A stretch of DNA of 64,000 nt, taken from positions 7,035-71,034 of the forward strand of contig CATXKN010000010.1 in NCBI GenBank assembly GCA_958370785.1, read 5' to 3'. Under the pieces are notes generated by a model that was not told the DNA's origin, searched no databases, and saw only the letters and a list, made by a program, of their open reading frames with translations. Origin of the DNA: an uncultured Collinsella sp. Its GTDB lineage: Bacteria > Actinomycetota > Coriobacteriia > Coriobacteriales > Coriobacteriaceae. Below are positions 10,063-18,671 of this stretch, piece by piece (positions within the stretch are counted from its first letter, which is position 1; the number at the start of each line of letters is the position of its first letter). The position numbers were made by a program, and so were the translations under genes.

Positions 10063-12082
10063 GCGCGGTCTCCTCTTCGATCTGGGTGGAAAGCTCCAGC
10101 CATTCGTCCTCGAGCTTGGGCAGCTCTTGCTTAAGGCCGTTATATTCCCCCAGCGCGGCGTTGAACTTGTCTTGATCGGCATAAAGCTCTTCGCTTGCCA
10201 TCAATTCCATAAGCTCGTCATAGCGGGCACGCTTTTTGTCCAGCTCTGCCTCGATCTTCTTGAGCTGGTTGCGCACGCCCTTGAGCTTTTTGTTGAGCGC
10301 GGCGCGGGCCTGGGCCTCGGCGCGCTTTTGCTCCTTGGTCTTTTTTCCCTCGGCAGGCTTGGGGGCCGCGGCGGGACTGCTGGTCTGGGCGTCGTTGGCT
10401 TTGGTTGTCTTGCCCGCCGCCGGCGCGCTCTCCCCTGCCGCCTCGGCGGCGGCGCGGGCAGCGAGATCCTCGCGCTTGAAGAGGTAGTAGTCGTAGTCGC
10501 CGTCGTAGACCGTGACCTTGCCGTCACGGATGTCGATCACGCGGTTGGCCACGGCGCGCACTAGGTGCTCGTCGTGGCTGATGAGCACGATGGTGCCGGG
10601 GAAGTTTTGCAGGGCGTTCTCGAGCATGTCCACCGAGTCGATGTCCAAGTGGTTGGTGGGCTCGTCTAGGCACAGGAGCGCCTCGGGGGCCACGAGCATC
10701 TTGGCCAGGGCCAGGCGCGCCTTTTCGCCGCCGGAGAGGACGCGGACCTGCTTTTCGATTGCGTCGTTGTCGCTAAACAAGAAGGCGCCCAGCAGGCTGC
10801 GCTGCTGCGGCACGGTCCATTTGGGCGTGACGGTGTCGATCTCCTGCAGGACGGTGTTGGACTCGGTCATGCCCTCGAGCGCGTGCTGAGCGTAATAGGC
10901 GATTCCCACGTTGGTGCCCAGGTCGCGGGAGCCGGTGGTGGGCGGCTCAAGACCAGCGAGGAGCTTCATGAGCGTGGACTTGCCGGCGCCGTTGGGACCG
11001 ACGAGCGCCACGTGCTCGCCGCGGTAGAGCTTGAGGTCGATGTCGCTGTAGATGTGTTTGTCGCCGTAAGACTTGGATACGCCCTCGAGGCTCACGACCA
11101 TGTCGCCGGAGCGCGGAGGGTCGGGGAACTTAAAGTCGATGTGCTTGTGGCCCTCGGGCAGGATGACGAGCTCCTTTTTGATCTGCTCGATCTTGCGGAT
11201 GCGTTCCTGCGCCTGGGCGGCCTTGGTGGGCTTGTACCGGAACTTGTCGACGAAGACCTGCATATGCGCGATGTCGCGCTCCTGGGCAGCACGCTTGGCG
11301 CGCATCTGCTCCAGATTGTCCTCGCGCTGCTTGAGGTAGCTGCTGTAGTTGCCGGTGTAGGTGGTCACGCGGCGGTTCTCGAGCGCAGCGACGTGGTCGA
11401 CGCAGGCATCCATGAAGGCGCGGTCGTGGCTGACGATGAGCACGGCGCCGTCGTAGTTCGCGATAAAGCCGCGCAGCCACTGGACGCTCTCGAGGTCCAG
11501 GTGGTTGGTGGGCTCGTCCAGCAGCAGCAGGTCGGGATGGCGTAGGAAGAGCTTAGCCAGCGCGATACGCATCTGCCAACCGCCCGAGAACTCGGAGCAC
11601 GGGCGCTCAAAGTCGTTGACCTTGAAGCCCAGGCCGGACAGGATCTTGCGGGCGTTGCTCTCGAGTTCGTAGCCGCCCAGGTGCTCAAAGCGGTCCTGGA
11701 CCTGGCCGTACTCGTTGAGGAGGGCGTCGACGTCTTTGCCCTTCTCGGAGAGCTCGGTGATCTGGGCCTGCAGCTCGTTGGCGCGCTCGCCCATGCGGCG
11801 GATTTCCTTGGCGGCGGCCATGACCTCGGCGAGGATGGTGGTGTCCTTTTGCTCCAGGTTGGTTTCCTGCTCTAGGTAGCCCACCTGGCAGTCTTTGGCG
11901 TACTGGACCTGGCCGGCGTCAGGGCTGTCGATGCCCATGATGATCTTGAGCATGGTGGTTTTGCCGGCGCCGTTGGGTCCCACGAGCGCAAAGCGCTCGC
12001 CGGGGTTGATCTGGAAGGACGCGCCGCTAAAGAGGACGCGCGCGCCGAAGCTTTTTTCGATCTTGTCGACCAGGAGGATCAT
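10049..12082 (-). CDS. ABC-F family ATP-binding protein with C-terminal coiled coil
   Basis: Two ABC domains ([21 protein letters not shown]); no TM segments. Confidence 0.93.
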   Translation of the reverse strand: MILLVDKIEKSFGARVLFSGASFQINPGERFALVGPNGAGKTTMLKIIMGIDSPDAGQVQYAKDCQVGYLEQETNLEQKDTTILAEVMAAAKEIRRMGERANELQAQITELSEKGKDVDALLNEYGQVQDRFEHLGGYELESNARKILSGLGFKVNDFERPCSEFSGGWQMRIALAKLFLRHPDLLLLDEPTNHLDLESVQWLRGFIANYDGAVLIVSHDRAFMDACVDHVAALENRRVTTYTGNYSSYLKQREDNLEQMRAKRAAQERDIAHMQVFVDKFRYKPTKAAQAQERIRKIEQIKKELVILPEGHKHIDFKFPDPPRSGDMVVSLEGVSKSYGDKHIYSDIDLKLYRGEHVALVGPNGAGKSTLMKLLAGLEPPTTGSRDLGTNVGIAYYAQHALEGMTESNTVLQEIDTVTPKWTVPQQRSLLGAFLFSDNDAIEKQVRVLSGGEKARLALAKMLVAPEALLCLDEPTNHLDIDSVDMLENALQNFPGTIVLISHDEHLVRAVANRVIDIRDGKVTVYDGDYDYYLFKREDLAARAAAEAAGESAPAAGKTTKANDAQTSSPAAAPKPAEGKKTKEQKRAEAQARAALNKKLKGVRNQLKKIEAELDKKRARYDELMELMASEELYADQDKFNAALGEYNGLKQELPKLEDEWLELSTQIEEETARELS

Positions 12083-12157
12083 GGTGCCGCCTTTGACCTT
12101 GTGTGCCTATATGAAAAAAGGCCCCAACTTGCGTTGGAGCCTCATTCAATGCTCGGG

Positions 12158-12230
12158 TGGAGACGAGGGGGATCGAACCCCTGACCTCTTGACTGCCAGT
12201 CAAGCGCTCTCCCAGCTGAGCTACGCCCCC
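12158..12230 (-). tRNA. tRNA-Ala(GGC), CCA not encoded
   Basis: GGGGGCGTAGCTCAGCTGGGAGAGCGCTTGACT-GGC-AGTCAAG...GTTCGATCCCCCTCGTCTCCA; G3:U70 pair. Confidence 0.97.
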
Positions 12231-12242
12231 GTGCGAAGAAGT

Positions 12243-12271
12243 ACTATACGGGAACTCGGACGCTGATGCAA
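12243..12271 (-). promoter_or_regulatory. Sigma-70-type promoter of tRNA-Ala
   Basis: TTGCAT-N17-TATAGT; the same arrangement occurs at 13180-13208 and 47311-47339 (TTGCAC). Confidence 0.8.
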
Positions 12272-12438
12272 GGACATTTTTGGAAAAACTTTCGCGGGCT
12301 CCGGCGCGGGGGTGCGGGCCCGATCAGGGCCGAGGGTCGCGCGATGCCCGCGGGGGCAGCGGCCCACGCACGGTCCGTGCGCCGGCCGACTTGGCGCGCG
12401 GAACACGACCCGCCCCTCCTTTACGCCTCAGAACTATG

Positions 12439-12572
12439 CCAGTTTACTACGATAAATCAGGAATGTTCGACCACGCACGCCTTTTCGCATAACCGTCGGG
12501 CTCTCTACCTGCTGCTTTGCAAACGGAGAACGCGCGGTGCTCGGGAGTCGCCGATCCGTCGTAGTAAACCGG
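12439..12572. repeat. 134-bp inverted-arm element, copy C1
   Basis: CCAGTTTACTACG-N108-CGTAGTAAACCGG; TCTACCTGC at 12504-12512. Confidence 0.85.
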
Positions 12573-12809
12573 CGTGGTTTTGAAATACATCGGGTTGATT
12601 TCACAGTTAAATGTGTTGGAGCACTGAATTAATGGCCTTAACTTTTTCTAAAACACGTCTTTTCTGCGATGCGCCTAGATTGGTTGTTGTTTAGCATTGG
12701 ACTTGATCTTGCGTTGTGCGACTTGCTCGTGCATGATAGTATTCCACGACGTGAAGCGAAGAAATTAGGCCTGAGTTGCCTTTGTTAGAATTGCATTCAC
12801 CGTTCAAAA

Positions 12810-12885
12810 GGGCTCTTGGCGCAACGGTTAGCGCAGGGGACTCATAATCCCTGGGTTCTGGGTTCGAATCCCGGAGGGCCCACCA
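12810..12885 (+). tRNA. tRNA with CAT anticodon (probably Ile2; elongator Met not excluded)
   Basis: Cloverleaf GGGCTCT/AGGGCCC-ACCA, loop CTCATAA; paired 1:72 argues against initiator. Confidence 0.9.
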
Positions 12886-12894
12886 GAGTATTTC

Positions 12895-12925
12895 GAGGCC
12901 GGGCATTACGTCCGGCCTCTTTGTT
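12895..12925 (+). terminator. Intrinsic terminator after tRNA-CAT
   Basis: GAGGCCGGGC-loop-GTCCGGCCTC followed by TTTGTT. Confidence 0.7.
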
Positions 12926-13046
12926 ATTGGCGCTGCAGATTAGCTTTGTCATCCAGAGACGTAAAGTTATCAACATTCATATTCGTAATTAACAATGGGT
13001 ATGTCGCCAAGATGCTACCCAGCCAACACATAGCATAAATCGATAG

Positions 13047-13228
13047 ATATGAAAAAAGGCCCCAACTTACGTTGGAGCCTCGTTCAATGCTCGGGTGGAG
13101 ACGAGGGGAATCGAACCCCTGACCTCTTGACTGCCAGTCAAGCGCTCTCCCAGCTGAGCTACGCCCCCGTGCGAAAAGTACTATACGGGAACTCGGACGC
13201 TGATGCAAGGACAATTTTGGAAAATATT
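13047..13228. repeat. Direct repeat copy 2 (terminator + tRNA-Ala + promoter)
   Basis: Near-identical to 12108-12290. Confidence 0.9.
13096..13168 (-). tRNA. tRNA-Ala(GGC), CCA not encoded
   Basis: One base different from the 12158 copy. Confidence 0.97.
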
Positions 13229-13475
13229 TTGCGGCACGTGGATCGGGCATGGGGCCGAGAGGACCCACGATGCCCGATATAGCCCGCGGGGCGAGCCCCG
13301 CGGGCGGCGGTAAGCCCGTCGCCTTCCTTCCCGGGGCTCGGCATGTCACCCCAGGTGCCGCCGGTCAGACCAAAGCGATCCGCGGTGCTTCCGGGGGCTG
13401 AGCCCCTCCGAACGCCTTCGGGCCTATTTACGGAACCGTACGTAGCTCGCCCCAGCTGGTCGCTTCATGAACAGA

Positions 13476-13609
13476 CCGGTTTACTACGCTGATTCCCGGA
13501 TCACCGACCTCATGCCTTTTTTCGCAAAACGGACAGGAGATCTACCTGCGGTTTTACGAGCGGCGAAATCAGTGTGCTCAGCCATCCTCAATCCGACGTA
13601 GTAAACCGG
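13476..13609. repeat. 134-bp inverted-arm element, copy C2
   Basis: CCGGTTTACTACG-N108-CGTAGTAAACCGG (perfect 13-bp arms); TCTACCTGCGGTTTT from 13541. Confidence 0.88.
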
Positions 13610-13677
13610 CATGGTTTTAAAATGGCACTTAATTACTGACAGCATATAAAGTATTAAAAATGCTCACTTGGGCATTA

Positions 13678-14832
13678 TTACTTACCAATATCAAGCCAAT
13701 TGCACAGAACGTTGGCCCGCAATCTGGTCTCAGCGCATCTCATCGCCTCGGTTTTTGGTTTGTAGCGCAGCTCCAATCGCTCACACACACTGTGAATGAT
13801 GGCATCAAGCTGATCATGGTCATTGAGCATGTCATGGATTACAAGAAATACGTCGTATCCCATGCTTTGCAATGCTGTCATTCGGGTGGCATCGTGGTCA
13901 AGCACGGCGCCCGATCCATGGATAACCTCTCCTTGAAGTTCGATAATCATAGCCTTCATTGTTATTGGATTTACGATGACGATATCGCCGTAACAGATTT
14001 TCTGACCTGCGATTTTCCGAGCTGAATTCGACAGCGGCGTTAGGTCGTTGACAAATATGTTTTTAAACTCCGCTCCGCCGACACGCCTCGGATGACTTAG
14101 CAACATGATTCCGGCAACTTCTAGCGGGGATGCAGCAATACCCATTACCTGCTGTGCGGCTTCGTAGAATTGCTTTCCCCACATCTCGCCCTTAACCTTC
14201 GCTGCAAATCTGTGCAGTTCTTCTATTTCAATAAGAGGCTTTCTCATCCAGAGCGATGTGCCCTTTCCGTTAGCTTTATTTCCGGAGCCGTCATCCTGCT
14301 GCCCACTTTGATCATTCTCGCTGTCCTTCTGGTGCACCCGAGCATAGACTCGCTTCCATGGGGCCTCGTCTTGGGTTTCGTCTAGTTCAAACAGACTTTC
14401 TGTGGTGTACTGCTCTTCTTTTGATTTTGCCTGCTCAAGTGCCATGTCGACCGCGGGCGATGGTTTAAAAATCGAGAACCATCCGCAGAACTCGTACATA
14501 GCAAGAACTAGATCGCATGAAGACACGCTTCGAGTCATGGTGAATAGCGTATTAAGAGGGTCTGTGACGCTAAAGCCCATACCCGTGTCGATGGAAACCT
14601 TCTCTGTATAGGCGCTGTTCCATCGAATGGTCCGTCTTGTCTCGGAATGCAGGTTACTTCGTGTTGATGCTGCTGTGATGACTGGCGTCTTGAGGACGTC
14701 GACTACGAAAGGGGCTTGGGATAGAGCTCGCCAGCCGTCTTCGGCGTTAGGTAGGCGCGGGTAGAGGTCGCGCACCTGCGGTGGGCAGCGCCAGTAGCGG
14801 AATGCGGTGTTTGCGCAGACGATTTCGTCCAT
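13678..14832 (-). CDS. AbiEi-like / DUF559 (Vsr-like) endonuclease-domain protein
   Basis: VTDPLNTL, ASPLE, GDIV, IELQGEVIH, D..R..ALQSMGYDV pattern; GGAGG RBS; lower GC than core genes. Confidence 0.7.
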   Translation of the reverse strand: MDEIVCANTAFRYWRCPPQVRDLYPRLPNAEDGWRALSQAPFVVDVLKTPVITAASTRSNLHSETRRTIRWNSAYTEKVSIDTGMGFSVTDPLNTLFTMTRSVSSCDLVLAMYEFCGWFSIFKPSPAVDMALEQAKSKEEQYTTESLFELDETQDEAPWKRVYARVHQKDSENDQSGQQDDGSGNKANGKGTSLWMRKPLIEIEELHRFAAKVKGEMWGKQFYEAAQQVMGIAASPLEVAGIMLLSHPRRVGGAEFKNIFVNDLTPLSNSARKIAGQKICYGDIVIVNPITMKAMIIELQGEVIHGSGAVLDHDATRMTALQSMGYDVFLVIHDMLNDHDQLDAIIHSVCERLELRYKPKTEAMRCAETRLRANVLCNWLDIGK

Positions 14833-15204
14833 GAGGGCCTCCCCTGGTATCGGTCCCAGGCCGTGTGGATTGCGGACATGGCCGATTATCTACTGGGGCA
14901 TCATGCGGGTAAGTACCGGAAGCAAACCAAAAGCTTGACGAGTTCCGCCGAAAAACCGCCGTGTGATAGAAATCCGCTGGAAGGCGCTCTGGGCATGTGG
15001 TCCATGTCTCCATATTTGCGCTCGCATCACATGGGGAATTCAATGAAAATACGCATGCGTTTTATACAAAACGAGCAATGGCGTCAGTAAAAAGGGTGGG
15101 ATAAAAAATGACGCCTTAGACGACTACGATTTATTTTTTGGTGTCAGACTTGGTGTCAAAAAGAAAAAGGCCAGAGGCTTAATACCTCTGACCTGTGCTT
15201 TAGA

Positions 15205-15279
15205 TGGTGGGCGATACAAGATTCGAACTTGTGACCCCATCCGTGTGAAGGATATGCTCTACCCCTGAGCCAATCGCCC
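15205..15279 (-). tRNA. tRNA-Val(CAC)
   Basis: GGGCGATTGGCTCAGGGGTAGAGCATATCCTT-CAC-ACGGATG...GTTCGAATCTTGTATCGCCCACCA. Confidence 0.95.
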
Positions 15280-15417
15280 GTCGCCTTTCGGCAAAAGAGA
15301 TACTATCATAGCCGCGCGTGGTTTACCAAGAACTTTTTGCCCTCGATTTTAAATTCGTGGGCGCAAACCGCGCCACCGCAATCAGGGCAGCCGACAAACC
15401 ACCAGCTAAACAGCCCT

Positions 15418-16206
15418 CTATCGCTTGATCCACGAGGTCTCGGGGCGGCAGATAAGTCGCGCGTTGTTGTAGGCCATGTCGAGCGTGAGGCAGGTGCGCG
15501 CGGCGTAGAAGCCGTCCTCGCGCTGGATGGTCAGTGCCAGCTCGGGCTTGTCGCCGGTTAGACACAGCGGCAGCAGCAGCTGAATCCGGCCGCCGTAGAA
15601 CTGCGGCACCGCGAGTGTGTAGTTGGCGGCGGCGCGGCGGGCAGCCTCGACGACGGCGCCCTCAAAGGCGCGGCGCAGCAGCAGCGAGTTGTCCTCCCCC
15701 ATCAGGCTGGCGGGAATGCGCGTGAGGTTTTCCTCGTCGCCCAGAATGTGGTCGATGTTGGAGCGGATGGGCAGGCGGTAGTCAAAGACCAGCTCGGAGG
15801 GGTCCTCGGTAAAGCGCACGCGGCACGGCAGGTACTCAAACGAGACCAGCATGGGGTCGCTTTCCTTAAAGAAGCCCTTCAAAAACCAGCGCTGGCGCGC
15901 ATCGGACTTGGTGTTGGGCTCAAATAGGCCGTAGATGGTCTCGTAACGGCGCGTGTACAGGCCGGTGTTAAACAGACAGCGGTCGTCGTCGAACACCAGC
16001 GGCAGGTTGGATGGCGCGGTCTGGTTCACGTCGCGCTCGGTCAAAAACACCGCGCGGCTAAACGAAAACGACAGGTAGTTTTTGAGGATGCGGTTGCTAG
16101 GACCCCAGTCCTCGGGATCGGCAAGGTCGACCAGGCGGTCATAGCAGGGCTCGGGGCAAAACGCAAACTCGTACACATTGCTGCACAGGGTGCTGGGGAT
16201 TTCCAT
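15418..16206 (-). CDS. DUF3825 domain protein
   Basis: FNTGL, AVPQFY, QLLLPLCL, TCLTLDMAYNNARLI.RP motifs. Confidence 0.8.
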   Translation of the reverse strand: MEIPSTLCSNVYEFAFCPEPCYDRLVDLADPEDWGPSNRILKNYLSFSFSRAVFLTERDVNQTAPSNLPLVFDDDRCLFNTGLYTRRYETIYGLFEPNTKSDARQRWFLKGFFKESDPMLVSFEYLPCRVRFTEDPSELVFDYRLPIRSNIDHILGDEENLTRIPASLMGEDNSLLLRRAFEGAVVEAARRAAANYTLAVPQFYGGRIQLLLPLCLTGDKPELALTIQREDGFYAARTCLTLDMAYNNARLICRPETSWIKR

Positions 16207-16251
16207 GTGGTGTCCAATCCATTCAATAACTGGAGTGCGGATGCTTAGATT

Positions 16252-16767
16252 CTATACGTGCGATGGGTCGCCCGCGCCCGCAACGTAACCGCGGCGCAGC
16301 TCTTCGGCTAGCTTGCTGTTCGTGCGGCGACTGGAAACGAGGTCCTGGATCCAGGCGTAGTACTGGTTGTCTTCGGGCTCGGGGCTGTCGGACAGCACGA
16401 CCGGGGTGCCGGCGAACCTTAAGACGGACAACGCAAAGACAAGGCTGGTGCGTTTGTTGCCGTCCTCAAAGATGTGGTCCTTGACCATGTGCTCGGCTAC
16501 GTAGGTGACCTGGTCAAAGATGTCTGCGAAGCGATCGGCCGGCGATTGACCGAATATCGTACAGAATGCACCCGCAAGCACGGACTCGACGCGTCCAAGC
16601 TCAAGTGCGGCCCGGTCGCCTGTGGCGTCGGTTGTATAACAGCGCCCGACCGTCATCAGCGTGCTGTGCAGACGCATTACGGCCGCGGCCATAGCTTCGA
16701 GCGAACCGGCATCATCGAGCACGAGCGGCGCGAACGGATGCGCCCGGCGCGGCGCGACCGCCGTCAT
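16252..16767 (-). CDS. Fic/Doc family toxin (Doc-type motif)
   Basis: HIFEDGNKRTS; ATG overlaps the upstream stop (ATGA). Confidence 0.85.
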   Translation of the reverse strand: MTAVAPRRAHPFAPLVLDDAGSLEAMAAAVMRLHSTLMTVGRCYTTDATGDRAALELGRVESVLAGAFCTIFGQSPADRFADIFDQVTYVAEHMVKDHIFEDGNKRTSLVFALSVLRFAGTPVVLSDSPEPEDNQYYAWIQDLVSSRRTNSKLAEELRRGYVAGAGDPSHV

Positions 16768-16949
16768 GAGTTCTCCAAGAGCCTGAGCGCGTTGGGCATG
16801 CCCGCAATGGTCAGCCGAATAGCTTCGTCGATTGACGTGGCGCCGTCGAGCAAAATCGGTGATGCTGAATTTGCCACGTGCGCAGTTGAATGATCTTCTT
16901 GAGCAACGCAATCAGTGCCGTCATCTTGTTGAACATAGCTCCAAGGCAT
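16764..16949 (-). CDS. 61-aa putative antitoxin, translationally coupled to Doc
   Basis: GAGGAG RBS; ATGA overlap; C-terminal NALRLLENS helix. Confidence 0.55.
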   Translation of the reverse strand: MPWSYVQQDDGTDCVAQEDHSTAHVANSASPILLDGATSIDEAIRLTIAGMPNALRLLENS

Positions 16950-16960
16950 GTCTGACTCCT

Positions 16961-17650
16961 CTATAGCTTTACAGACAAAATAACCTGCGAGTCGCACTCC
17001 AGGGCAACCGGCTGCCAGACGAGGTCTTCGAGTGTGCAGTCCAGGGTTTTTGCGAGCGCCAATGCCGAAGAAACCGAGGCGCGGCGCAGGTCGAGCTGGT
17101 TCTGCTCGTAGAGTTGTATGGCGCGAAGCTTAACCCCCGATTGGGCGGCGAGCTGTTTTTGCGTTAGGCCGGACGCCTTTCGTGCCGCTTTGAGGCCCTT
17201 TTTGTCTGCCTGGGCGTTGTTCCATTTTTCGATGACAATCTGGGCGAATTTATCTTCGGAGGCCTCGTGAAGCAGATGGTACGAGCCGATGATCCAATCG
17301 AGCGGGGCGACTTCGAGAAGGTCGCTAAAACACAAGCTGCTCATCCATTGCGTATAGGCCAAAACCCAGCCCGCCCAATACTGGGGCGAACGGTCGAACG
17401 GATAGGTCTCCCTGCATTCGACGGGGGTCAGTCCCGCATGAGCGATAATATCGCGCGCGAGCTCGTCGCCCGCCATGCCGCAGACGACGCGAGGCATACC
17501 GCGCTCAAACTGTTTCATCTCAAGAGCGTTCGACAGGATCGCCGTCAACTCGGCTGGAGTCAGCCCTTGATCACAGAGGGCAAAATCGACCGCCTCGCCC
17601 AGCGTTCTCATGGCATCCTCGAGATACATCTCACTGTAGGCGTGAGTCAT
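16961..17650 (-). CDS. XRE-family HTH protein (HTH at C-terminus)
   Basis: LKAARKASGLTQKQLAAQSGVKLRAIQLYEQ; overlaps the DUF3990 gene. Confidence 0.85.
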   Translation of the reverse strand: MTHAYSEMYLEDAMRTLGEAVDFALCDQGLTPAELTAILSNALEMKQFERGMPRVVCGMAGDELARDIIAHAGLTPVECRETYPFDRSPQYWAGWVLAYTQWMSSLCFSDLLEVAPLDWIIGSYHLLHEASEDKFAQIVIEKWNNAQADKKGLKAARKASGLTQKQLAAQSGVKLRAIQLYEQNQLDLRRASVSSALALAKTLDCTLEDLVWQPVALECDSQVILSVKL

Positions 17651-18299
17651 CGCCCGTCATCCCCTCTCGAATGATATCGACGATACGGATTCCTTCAAAT
17701 GGATTTTCGGCAAGTAGCTCCCGATACTGCGCCCTTGCAGCTTCATCTCGCTCCTTGGCCAATGGACCATACAGAGCTAGCGGCGCACGTTCAAATCCAG
17801 CAAAACGAATGCTCTTAAACGCACGCTCGCTTATGAGCACAATCTGCTCTCCCAGGTTACCGAGCCTCATAGATCGACCAAGCTGATCGACGGTAATCGT
17901 ATTGTTCACAAAAGCCCTGGCATAGCTAAAGTACGAGTCGTCCGCGCGCCATCCCCTAATCACATCGCAAGCGCTCGTGTCAGGTAGAAAGTGATCGTGG
18001 AGATATTCGCACGCCCCCGCGGCAATGGCGGTATCTTTGCGAAAAGAGCGATGCTCAACGAGCAACGCTATCCAATGCAGGACACAATACTGCGGCGATA
18101 GCAAGTCGAGAATTTTAAGATCGGCTATATCGAGTTCATAGCGATTCGCAAAGCCATCGGTATCACGCGAGCATGCCCATTCCCTTGCAAGATCGAGGCT
18201 CTCCGTGCAATAGAATCCCTGTCCATAGTCGTTATGGACTTTTCCCAGGCTAAGCTGGGGAGTCTCAATGATTTTCTGAGAACCATGCCACAGTTCCAC
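17631..18299 (-). CDS. DUF3990 domain protein (ADP-ribosyltransferase-like fold)
   Basis: LWHGS...DYGQGFYCT...AREWA, ADD, EQ pattern; AGGAG RBS. Confidence 0.8.
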   Translation of the reverse strand: MELWHGSQKIIETPQLSLGKVHNDYGQGFYCTESLDLAREWACSRDTDGFANRYELDIADLKILDLLSPQYCVLHWIALLVEHRSFRKDTAIAAGACEYLHDHFLPDTSACDVIRGWRADDSYFSYARAFVNNTITVDQLGRSMRLGNLGEQIVLISERAFKSIRFAGFERAPLALYGPLAKERDEAARAQYRELLAENPFEGIRIVDIIREGMTGDDSRLQ

Positions 18300-18432
18300 G
18301 CGAGTCTCCTAACAGGTATCGCTCTAGCGATAGTTTACCAGAGTATCGTCAGAGTGATACCTGTTATCAGGCGTATTCGACCGCCGCCCTTGCTCCAGGC
18401 TCTCCGACAGAATAGATATCGCTTGTTATTAG

Positions 18433-18465
18433 AGGAGCCTTCAATCAATGCGATTGAAGGCTCCT
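18433..18465. terminator. 14-bp perfect hairpin, possible terminator
   Basis: AGGAGCCTTCAATC-aatgc-GATTGAAGGCTCCT. Confidence 0.5.
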
Positions 18466-18671
18466 TCTCCGCGAGCATTATTTTGATTGCGTTGGTCGTG
18501 CTCTGCGACCAAGATCTTCTCGGTAGGCTTTCTTTTGATTCCGTTGGTCGCGCCTTACGACCAAATCTTAGCCAAGCATATAAATTAATGAGAAGCGGCG
18601 CAAGGCGAGCTTAGATGCACCAAGGTTTTGCGAGTGAATCCGTATCTGTGAAACGTTCCTAACTAGACCGA

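Larger units (their letters stand above)
12108..12290. repeat. Direct repeat copy 1 (terminator + tRNA-Ala + promoter)
   Basis: Near-identical to 13047-13228, including the flanks. Confidence 0.9.

Noticed and set aside
8140..10134. 664-aa plus-strand ORF, and similar long ORFs at 221-1345, 1086-2207 and 5270-6448
   Set aside because: Antisense shadows of well-supported minus-strand genes in high-GC DNA; no recognisable motifs
12810..12885. Initiator tRNA-fMet
   Set aside because: G1:C72 is paired and the anticodon stem lacks the initiator G29-G31 pattern
12924..13349. ORFs overlapping the tRNA genes (also 11895-12266 and 46870-47270)
   Set aside because: Spurious frames across tRNA genes and their flanks
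14001..14016. TCTGACCTGCGATTTT motif inside the DUF559-like gene
   Set aside because: Lies in coding sequence with no flanking inverted arms seen; may be chance
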